Of a DNA stretch of 32,000 bases, positions 1 to 8,329 are shown piece after piece. How positions within the stretch are numbered: the first letter of the stretch is position 1; each line of letters starts with the position of its first letter. A model generated the notes under the pieces. That model was given only the letters and a program-made list of their open reading frames with translations. It did no database searches and was not told the DNA's origin. This stretch comes from an uncultured Chloroflexia bacterium (lineage in GTDB: Bacteria; Chloroflexota; Anaerolineae; Anaerolineales; Anaerolineaceae): the NCBI GenBank assembly GCA_963704755.1, contig OY969938.1:2760001-2792000 (forward strand), in the 5' to 3' direction. Position numbers and translations under genes: made by a program.

Positions 1-460
1 AAACCCGGCCAATGGTTAACCAACGCAATATCAACATTCGGGCGAAGGATTGGCCTTGTTGCCGGTTGAGGGCGCGGCTCTTAGCCCCTCTCCGAAGCGC
101 TGTAGGGTGGATGAAGGGCTCATTTATTACGCCGGCTACCTGCATACCGGAAAGACCTGCGAATCCTTGCCCGTAACCCACCATCCGGATATAACGGTGG
201 GTTGCGGAGAAAGAAAACCACGGAGCTCGGAGTGCATGGAGAAAAAAGTAGAGCCTTGTTGGGTTGAGCGGGTCATACGCAGCGAGTGGGTTACATAGCT
301 TGAGCGAAACCCAACATCCGGGCGGATGGATTGGTCTCGTTTGCCGATTGTGGTTGAGGCTCTTAGCCCCTCTCCCGTTTCTGGAAGAGGGGTTGGGGTG
401 AGGGCGAAGCGCCAACTTTCAGAAAGGTGGCGCCTCGGGGAAAAAAAAAGATATATTGAC
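1..460. repeat. Non-coding mosaic of short interspersed repeat families (REP/MITE-like)
   Basis: Contains CCTTGCCCGTAACCCACCATCCGGATATAACGGTGGGTT (165-207), which recurs at 16310-16355. Also contains GTTGGGTT-type cores (about 258-272, 308-315) and a hairpin+GGTTGGGGTGAGGGC unit (362-410) that recurs inverted at 16577-16626. ORF-track ORFs 50..298 and 136..465 lie wholly in these repeats. Confidence 0.7.
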
Positions 461-484
461 AGCACACTGTCATAATGCTATACT
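456..484 (+). promoter_or_regulatory. Sigma-70-type promoter of marR (TTGACA-N17-TATACT) with overlapping inverted repeat
   Basis: TTGACA at 456-461 and TATACT at 479-484, with a 17-nt spacer. The inverted repeat TGACAG-N4-CTGTCA (457-472) overlaps the promoter. The ATG at 491 is only 6 nt after the -10, which implies a leaderless or near-leaderless mRNA. Confidence 0.6.
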
Positions 485-490
485 ACGGCT

Positions 491-988
491 ATGGACAATC
501 AACCCAAACATGGTGACAGCTTCAATGCCCTTGCTCTGGCTATCTTTAGCGTCAATACTGCGTTAGTCACCGCAGGCGATGCCCTGACTAAACCCGTCGG
601 CCAATCCAGCGCGCGGTGGCGGATACTGGGCCGCGTTTCCGCTGTGCCGCAGACGGTTTCGCAAATTGCCCGCGTCATAGGCTATGCCAGGCAAAGCGTC
701 CAGCGAGTGGCGGACGACCTGGTCAATGAAAAATTGGCCGAGTATATTCCAAATCCGCGCGATCAGCGGGCGCACTTGCTCAAACTGACGCCAAAAGGCC
801 GGCAGGCGCTGACAACTATCGAAGCCGAGCAGCAGCGCTGGGTCGAGCGTCTTTTATCTGTTTTAGACGAACAGGAGCTGGCAAGACTTGCCGGACAGTT
901 GCGCTCTATTAGCGAATGTATCCAGGATGATTACCAGCGAACGTATGGAAAGCAAGCTAAAAAAGGAGAAAAATATGGCAACCGATAA
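491..988 (+). CDS. MarR-family transcriptional regulator
   Basis: 165-aa ORF with a winged-helix MarR-like core (SQIARVIGYARQSVQRVADDLVNEKL...RDQRAHLLKLTPKG). It overlaps the downstream SDR gene by 14 nt. Confidence 0.85.
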   Translation: MDNQPKHGDSFNALALAIFSVNTALVTAGDALTKPVGQSSARWRILGRVSAVPQTVSQIARVIGYARQSVQRVADDLVNEKLAEYIPNPRDQRAHLLKLTPKGRQALTTIEAEQQRWVERLLSVLDEQELARLAGQLRSISECIQDDYQRTYGKQAKKGEKYGNR

Positions 989-1706
989 AAAGGTAGCACT
1001 GATTACCGGCGCAAACAAAGGTATCGGGCTGGAGATTGCCCGTCAGCTTGGTCAGCAAGATATAACGGTATTGGTAGGCGCGCGGGATGCAGAGCGTGGC
1101 AGGACTGCGGTACAACAACTGACCCGTGAGGGTATCGACGCTCACGAAGTAATTATCGACGTTTCCAACGAAGCGTCGGTTAAGAAAGCGGCTCAAGAAG
1201 TCGAGCGACAATATGGGCGGCTGGATATTTTAGTCAATAATGCCGGCATTTCGCGCGAGCGCGGGCAAAAGCCAAGTGAGTCTTCAGCAGATTACGTGCG
1301 TGAAACCTACGAAACCAACGTGTTCGCTGTCGTAACGGTTACGAACGCCATGCTTCCGCTTTTGCGTAAAGCTCCGGCCGGCCGAATTGTCAATCAGTCG
1401 AGCAGCATGGGTTCGCTCGCATTGGCGACTGACCCGAAGTCGCCCTTTGCGAACCTCAACCTGCTGGCTTACAACTCCTCAAAGGCAGCACTCAACTCAG
1501 TTACTGTTGAGTACGCCAAAGAGCTACGCGATACACCCATTAAAGTGAATGCGTCTGACCCGGGTTATGTCTCTACTGACTTGAACCACCATCAGGGGTA
1601 TAAAACGCCTGAGCAAGGAGCGGCGGCCGCCGTAAAACTTGCCATCCTGCCTGATGACGGCCCGTCGGGCACGTTTCAGGACGAAAACGGCGAGGTGGCC
1701 TGGTAA
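975..1706 (+). CDS. Short-chain dehydrogenase/reductase (SDR) family oxidoreductase
   Basis: ORF 888..1706 trimmed to ATG 975, which is preceded by AAGGAG (963-968). Carries the TGANKGIG Rossmann motif, NNAG and the catalytic YNSSK (YxxxK). Confidence 0.9.
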   Translation: MATDKKVALITGANKGIGLEIARQLGQQDITVLVGARDAERGRTAVQQLTREGIDAHEVIIDVSNEASVKKAAQEVERQYGRLDILVNNAGISRERGQKPSESSADYVRETYETNVFAVVTVTNAMLPLLRKAPAGRIVNQSSSMGSLALATDPKSPFANLNLLAYNSSKAALNSVTVEYAKELRDTPIKVNASDPGYVSTDLNHHQGYKTPEQGAAAAVKLAILPDDGPSGTFQDENGEVAW

Positions 1707-1803
1707 CCCAGCACGCCTTTCATAAAAATGTAGGGGATCCGCTATAGACCCACCACAATCCTGGTTATCTTCATTATGGCAAAGCTGTGGGCAGAACTTT
1801 GCG

Positions 1804-1839
1804 CCTTCTCCCTCCCAGGGAGAAGGTTGGGATGAGGGT
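1804..1839. repeat. Hairpin+GGTTGGGATGAGGG repeat unit
   Basis: CCTTCTCCCT-ccc-AGGGAGAAGG forms a 10-bp stem (1804-1826), followed by TTGGGATGAGGGT. Same architecture as the units at 362-410, 11626-11672 (inverted) and 16577-16626 (inverted). Confidence 0.6.
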
Positions 1840-2026
1840 AGATGCCGGCCAACCTAAGCGTTGGGGTTTGCAAATTGCCCTTATCGCCGGTTGGCGTTGA
1901 AGAGCGGGCTCGGCCGACAGAATGGAGGGACCGGCCCGATCGCTTCAGGTGTGCATCTACTGTTACGCCGGCGCACTGTGTTGGCTCGTGCCAAAGAGCG
2001 GCCAACCCGAATCCTTGCAAATTGAT

Positions 2027-2055
2027 TTGAAGAACTTCCTTTCCTGTACTACAAT
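2027..2055 (+). promoter_or_regulatory. Putative sigma-70 promoter for the CBS-domain gene
   Basis: TTGAAG (2027-2032), 17-nt spacer, TACAAT (2050-2055). Lies about 50 nt upstream of ATG 2105, which has a GGAAAGGAG RBS. Confidence 0.5.
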
Positions 2056-2104
2056 ATTTACAGATCAATGATATCGGTTTTTTGTTGCTGGGAAAGGAGT
2101 CATA

Positions 2105-2596
2105 ATGGACACCATCAGACACATCCTGCAAATTAAAGGAAGTTACACCTGGTCGATTGCGCCGAACGAGACGGTCTATGAGGCGCTTCGGATGATGGCC
2201 AACAAGGACGTTGGCGCGTTACTGGTCATGGAGAATGAAAAATTGGTGGGGATTTTGAGTGAACGCGATTATGCCCGTAAAATCATCCTGCAAGGGAAGA
2301 CCTCCAAAGATACCAAGGTCCGTGAGATTATGACGACTACCGTCTATACCGTCCATCCGGACCAGACGATCGACGAATGCATGGACATCATGACCCACCG
2401 CCACATCCGTCACCTGCCGGTGGTGGAAAACGATCGCCTGATGGGCATCATTTCCATCGGCGACGTGGTCAACGACATTATCCATCGACAGCGCCAGACG
2501 ATCAGCAGCCTGGAGACTCGTATGCTGAACGGTGAAACCGAGCCGCCCGCTCCGGCTGTCCCGCGCTTCCCATCGATACCTAAAAAAACTTCCTGA
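2105..2596 (+). CDS. CBS-domain pair protein
   Basis: 163-aa ORF with a good RBS. Has two CBS-like repeats (VGALLVMENEKLVGILSERD... and HLPVVENDRLMGIISIGDVV) and a Pro-rich tail. Confidence 0.85.
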   Translation: MDTIRHILQIKGSYTWSIAPNETVYEALRMMANKDVGALLVMENEKLVGILSERDYARKIILQGKTSKDTKVREIMTTTVYTVHPDQTIDECMDIMTHRHIRHLPVVENDRLMGIISIGDVVNDIIHRQRQTISSLETRMLNGETEPPAPAVPRFPSIPKKTS

Positions 2597-2661
2597 AGTC
2601 TGCTGGGGATCGGGGCAATCAGGCCAGGGGCGAAGCTCGCCGGGTGAGGCTCTGTCCGTAA

Positions 2662-2808
2662 ACCTGAAAAATATTTTCAGGTGATTGTTTTGGGCGGCTT
2701 GCCGCCCAAAACAATCACCTGATCGTAACTATTCGGACACCTGAAAAAATGTTCCCGAATTCGAGGTGTTTGCGGGAGCGAAGCCCTCGCAAACACCTCG
2801 AATTCGGG
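2662..2808. repeat. Three consecutive long hairpins/perfect palindromes between the CBS gene and lysC
   Basis: Three structures are present. 2662-2682 is ACCTGAAAA-ata-TTTTCAGGT. 2679-2720 is a 42-nt perfect palindrome, AGGTGATTGTTTTGGGCGGC/GCCGCCCAAAACAATCACCT. 2754-2808 has a 21-bp stem, CCCGAATTCGAGGTGTTTGCG...CGCAAACACCTCGAATTCGGG, followed by ATTTTCT. CACCTGAAAAA recurs at 2738-2748 and could pair alternatively with 2674-2683. Confidence 0.7.
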
Positions 2809-2941
2809 ATTTTCTCAATCGGTCTGAGCAGTTACACCTTATGTAAAGTTTACTCGGGCAATCCTGGCCGTGTAATGTATAATTTGCCTATTAACGTCCT
2901 GGCAATTCTTATCCCCCTTCCCAAAATTCGAGGAACGTCCC

Positions 2942-4371
2942 ATGGCAAGCCCTATTCCCCAAACCCTGGTCATGAAATTCGGCGGAACGTCGGTTGGTAC
3001 GCCGGAAGCAATGGCCCAAACAGCCCAAATTATCCGTAAACAACGCATGCTTTCGCCGCGGCTGGTGGTGGTCACATCAGCCCTTTCCGGCGTTACTGAC
3101 CTGCTGCTGAACAGCGCTATCGCCTCTGCCCGGGGTAACCTGGATGTGTATAACCGGGCCGTGGTCGATATCCGCGCCAAACATGAGGCTATCCTGACCA
3201 GTTTGATCGGCAATCCGGCCGATCAGGATGAAGCCCGCAGCGAGATCGACCCACTCTTGTTGAATTTCTCCAACCTGTGCCAGGCGATATTTGTCCTGGG
3301 TGAGGCGACGCCACGCGCCCTGGACGCGGTCGCCTCCCTGGGTGAGCGCATGTCGGTGCGGGCTTTGGCCGCGGCATTAAAGGGTGTCGATGTCTCCGCC
3401 CAAGTCGTCGAGGCCACTCGCCTGGTGGTCACCGACGATCATTACCAATCGGCCCACCCCGATTTCGAGGTCACCGCCCGGACCAGCCGGGAAGTGCTCA
3501 ACCCGCTCCTGGAGCAGGGCATCGTTCCGGTCGTGACCGGCTTCATTGGCGCCTCGGTCAGCGGGGTGATCACTACCCTGGGGCGCGGCGGCAGCGATTA
3601 CACGGCCGCTTTGTTGGGCGCAGCCCTGCCGGCGGACGAGGTCTGGATCTGGACCGATGTGGACGGCGTAATGACCGCCGACCCGCGCATCGTGCCCGAG
3701 GCCCATACCATCAAGGAACTGACCTATCGCGAGGTCTCCGAACTGGCTTACGCCGGGGCCAAGGTGCTCCATCCCAAGACGATCCGCCCGGTCATCGAGG
3801 CCGGCATTGGCCTGCGCGTGTTGAACACCTTCAACCCCGAAAATCCGGGTACGCGCCTGGTGCTGGACCTGCCGGTCTCCGGCCAGAACATCGTCAAATC
3901 GGTCACCACAGTCCGCGGGCAAAGCCTGATCACCCTGGAAGGCCACGGCATCATGGGTGTGGCCGGCGTGGCCGGGCGCACCTTTGCCACCATCGCCTCC
4001 ACCGGTACCAGCGTGGCATTGATCTCGCAGGCCTCGTCCGAGCAGTCGATCTGCTTTACCGTGCCGATGGATGCGGCCGATCAGGTAGTGAACGCGCTGA
4101 CCAACGAGTTTTACCGCGAGATGCAGCGCAAAGATATCGACCGTATTTGGGCCACCGACGAGGTGGTCATCGCCACCGTGGTGGGTGAAGGCCTGCAAAG
4201 GACCCCCGGGGTGGCCGGTAAAATTTTCAGCGCCCTGGGTGCGAAAAAGATCAACGTGATCGCCATTACCCAGGGTTCGTCCGAAGTATCGATCAGTTTT
4301 ATTCTTGCTCCCGGGGATGTGCAGAAAGCTATTCAAAGCCTGCACGACCTGGTGATTATCGAGGAGGTCGC

Positions 4372-4375
<4 letters not shown>
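2942..4375 (+). CDS. lysC: Aspartate kinase
   Basis: 477 aa. N-terminal KFGGTSVG kinase motif, conserved TLGRGGSDYTA motif, C-terminal ACT-like repeats. GAGGAA RBS 6 nt upstream. ATGA stop/start overlap with asd. Confidence 0.95.
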
Positions 4376-6081
<1,706 letters not shown>

Positions 6082-6089
6082 ACGAGACT

Positions 6090-6454
6090 GTGACTCAGTG
6101 TGGCAGTGATTTGGTGATTCAGTGTCATGTTTCACGTGTCAGGTGTGGAAGCAGTGTTGCTGTGTTCCAGTGATCCGGTGTCACGTGTCAGGTGGGGCGT
6201 AGTGTTGCGGTGAATCAGTGATTCAGTTTCTCGGTGTTTCGTTGATGCCGGCCTATTGATTCTCGGCAATCGGTTAATAAGGTAATCAGTCAATAAGGCG
6301 ACAAGTCAAAAAGGGAAAAGTCAATAAGGCGATAAGTCAATAAGGGAAGAGGAATGTCGCGTTCCTCCCTCGTTGCCTTATTGCCTTGTTACCCCTTAAA
6401 ACTAATCTCTATTCTCTAATCCCTATTCTCTTTCCCCCTCTTTTCCCTCCGTGG
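6090..6454. repeat. GT-rich then CT-rich low-complexity tract with degenerate tandem and inverted repeats
   Basis: TCACGTGTCAGGTG(T/G)GG..AGTGTTGC.GTG occurs at 6132-6164 and 6181-6212. GTCAATAAGGCGA(C/T)AAGTCAA(A/T)AAGGGAA units (about 6286-6345) are partly complementary to CCTCGTTGCCTTATTGCCTTGTTACCCCTT (about 6368-6400). The CT-rich tail resembles 11690-11815. Confidence 0.6.
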
Positions 6455-7739
6455 TGCCTCAAAATAAAATGTTACTTTGGGATAATCGTTGCCTCAAATA
6501 GAAATGTTACCGGAGAATTCTTAACAATTGATTGACCTTTTTATTGATACTGGCCTGTAAGGACACAGGGTTCAGATGAACATATTGGGCAGTAAGACTG
6601 GCCTTGACTTTCAGGGGAAGAAGTCCTGGGCTAAGACCCGGCGATAGGGGGTCTTGGCCAGATCATACTTACGGATCGTCTTGCCGTCAACGGTTTCTTT
6701 AGCAATCAGTTTGAGAACTGGCTGGAAAAAATTGATGTAAAGACGCAAATCGGAGTAAATGGATTTGAGCAAGGCAAGTTCTTGTGGGGTTTCGAAGCGG
6801 TCATAGCCAATGGTATGTCGAACAACCGACCAATTCTTCTGTTCCACATGAGCCTGATCATTCTTGTGGTAAGGCCGCGAACGCGTAAAGGTAATGAGTT
6901 CGCTCTGGCAGTATCGCAAAAGTGTATCGTTGATGAATTCACTGCCATTGTCTGAATCCAATCCCAAAAGAGGAAAAGGCAGGTTATGGCGCAATTCCTC
7001 AATGGCTTGAGAGACAGCTGTCTGGGTTTTGTTGGCCAGGCCCAGGCACTCGGTCCAGCCGGTGGCTAAATCGGTTGCAGTGAGGGTATTGAGGTAGGTA
7101 CCCTCGGTGGTTGTACCACAATGGGCCACCAGGTCGATTTCCAGAAAGCCTGGCTTCTCGTCCTCCCAAGGGGTAAAGGTGCGGATGGGAATGGCTTGTT
7201 TGAGCAAACTGCCCGGTTTGGTAGTCCCAAGCCCACGTGGGGTGGGGGCGAGGCGTGCCTTTTTCAAACAGCGATCTATGGTGGCCCGGCTCAAGCTCAA
7301 CAAAAGCGCTTTGGTTTCCTCGCTCAACTCTATTTCCTGCCAGCGCTCTAAAACATCCACCATTTCAGGAATAAAAGGCTGTAGTCGTTTTGAGCAGATG
7401 CACCCACTAACTTCCCAAATCTTTTCCAGAGCCACGACGACTTCCCCGTTGTATTTCTTCCGTCGCCCGGCTTTCTTCAACCCCTTTGGCTTGGAACCAT
7501 GCTTCAACAGCCGAATAGCGTATTTACGATGATATCCGCTTGTGGCGATAAATTCATCCAAAATCTGTTTCTTCTCGGCTTTCCTGGCTTTCAAATAGCG
7601 CGGACGAATGCTTTCTAGCATCTCCCGCCGACTGCGTTAACTCATCATGAGCTCCCTCTGCGGTGCTTTATTCCGCGTTAGGGTAACATTTATTTTGAGC
7701 CAACGTTATTTCGCAAAGTAAGATTAATTGTGAGGCAAT
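6455..7739 (-). mobile_element. Insertion sequence (about 1.29 kb) with doubled terminal inverted repeats and an rve/DDE transposase
   Basis: Left end: TGCCTCAAAATAAAATGTTAC (6455-6475) and TTGCCTCAAATAGAAATGTTACC (6489-6511). Right end, reverse-complemented: TGGCTCAAAATAAATGTTACCC (7682-7703) and TTGCCTCACAATTAATCTTAC (7719-7739). These ends bracket the transposase ORF. Confidence 0.75.
6611..7621 (-). CDS. DDE (retroviral-integrase/rve-type) transposase; the C-terminus continues in another frame to 6507
   Basis: 336 aa. N-terminal HTH region (ILDEFIATSGYHRKYAIRLL). DDE candidates are EIDLVAH, LDSDNGSEF and HVEQKNW. After the stop, the -1 frame reads LKVKASLTAQYVHLNPVSLQASINKKVNQLLRILR and ends inside the inner terminal repeat (6507-6509). 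The shift is at the G4/C4 run 6614-6617. Family is not certain (IS481/ISNCY-like). Confidence 0.85.
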   Translation of the reverse strand: MLESIRPRYLKARKAEKKQILDEFIATSGYHRKYAIRLLKHGSKPKGLKKAGRRKKYNGEVVVALEKIWEVSGCICSKRLQPFIPEMVDVLERWQEIELSEETKALLLSLSRATIDRCLKKARLAPTPRGLGTTKPGSLLKQAIPIRTFTPWEDEKPGFLEIDLVAHCGTTTEGTYLNTLTATDLATGWTECLGLANKTQTAVSQAIEELRHNLPFPLLGLDSDNGSEFINDTLLRYCQSELITFTRSRPYHKNDQAHVEQKNWSVVRHTIGYDRFETPQELALLKSIYSDLRLYINFFQPVLKLIAKETVDGKTIRKYDLAKTPYRRVLAQDFFP

Positions 7740-7747
7740 TCGCCCTC

Positions 7748-7777
7748 TTGACTCCTCCCCCTACATTAAGGTACACT
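7748..7777 (+). promoter_or_regulatory. Putative sigma-70 promoter of the aromatic operon leader
   Basis: TTGACT (7748-7753), 18-nt spacer, TACACT (7772-7777). The leader-peptide ATG lies 9 nt after the -10. The -35 lies 8 bp outside the IS right end. Confidence 0.5.
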
Positions 7778-7786
7778 GCTTCCATC

Positions 7787-7867
7787 ATGCAAAACAGCTT
7801 CTCGTTTTACGCCAGCTTTTATTTTTATTACGGCCATCTTTCCAAGACAGCCGGCGGCGGCGCTTAA
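7787..7867 (+). CDS. Phe/Tyr-rich leader peptide (26 aa) of the aromatic amino-acid operon
   Basis: ATG 7787 to TAA 7865-7867 translates as MQNSFSFYASFYFYYGHLSKTAGGGA. There are 4 Phe and 4 Tyr codons within codons 5-15. It is followed 30 nt later by an intrinsic terminator and then aroH. It is too short to appear in the ORF track. Confidence 0.7.
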   Translation: MQNSFSFYASFYFYYGHLSKTAGGGA

Positions 7868-7894
7868 ACGGGGAACGAAATCCACTCTTGACCC

Positions 7895-7930
7895 AAAACG
7901 CGATGCCAAACGGCATCGCGTTTTTAGTTT
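7895..7930 (+). terminator. Intrinsic terminator (attenuator) in the aro operon leader
   Basis: AAAACGCGATGCC-aaac-GGCATCGCGTTTTT, then AGTTTT. The 9-bp GC-rich stem (7899-7907 with 7912-7920) is extended by A/T pairs. The T-run ends about 20 nt before the aroH RBS (GGGAGG) and ATG 7952. Confidence 0.8.
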
Positions 7931-7951
7931 TGTCCGGGAGGTGAACAATCT

Positions 7952-8329
7952 ATGTCCGTTCGAGGCGTCCGTGGAGCAGTAGTTGCCGATACCGACCAGC
8001 CAGGTGCAATCCTGGCCGCTGCCCGTGATCTGCTGGAAGCTATTCTGCACGCCAATCCAACGCTGGCCCCGCTTGACCTGGCCAGCGTTTTGTTTACAGT
8101 TACCGAGGACCTCACTTCCGCCTATCCAGCCCAGGCCGCCCGCGAATTGGGCTGGACCGGTGTGCCGCTGATGTGCGCACGTGAGATTCCTGTCCCCGGC
8201 AGCCCGGCCCGCTGCATCCGCGTGTTATTGCACTGGAACACCGAGCTGCCCCAATCCGCTATTTGCCATGTTTACCTGGGTGAGGCCGCCAGCCTGCGCC
8301 CGGATTTATCCGTCAGGAGGTCATCATGA
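7952..8329 (+). CDS. aroH: Chorismate mutase, AroH class
   Basis: 125 aa. Collinear with B. subtilis AroH (VRGVRGA..., [24 protein letters not shown]). Its TGA overlaps the ATG of the next gene. Confidence 0.92.
   Translation: MSVRGVRGAVVADTDQPGAILAAARDLLEAILHANPTLAPLDLASVLFTVTEDLTSAYPAQAARELGWTGVPLMCAREIPVPGSPARCIRVLLHWNTELPQSAICHVYLGEAASLRPDLSVRRSS

Noticed and set aside
50-465. ORFs 50..298(+) and 136..465(-) as genes
   Set aside because: They lie entirely within interspersed repeat units that recur at 16310-16626. They have no RBS and no recognisable protein features.
888-974. N-terminal extensions suggested by the longest ORFs (SDR 888, aroC 12617, flhF 30350, csrA 22355, small membrane protein 29000)
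   Set aside because: In each case an internal ATG has a properly spaced Shine-Dalgarno sequence and gives the canonical family N-terminus. The extension would overlap the upstream gene.
2597-2941. Lysine riboswitch (L-box) upstream of lysC
   Set aside because: I recognise no L-box conserved core. The structures are perfect DNA palindromes typical of repeats. My best promoter candidate lies downstream of them. I left them as unexplained hairpins rather than calling a riboswitch.
7760-7951. T-box riboswitch or other known riboswitch as the aro operon leader
   Set aside because: I could not find the conserved T-box sequence (AGGGTGGNACCGCG-like) or a specifier-loop architecture. The F/Y-rich short ORF plus terminator explains the leader better.
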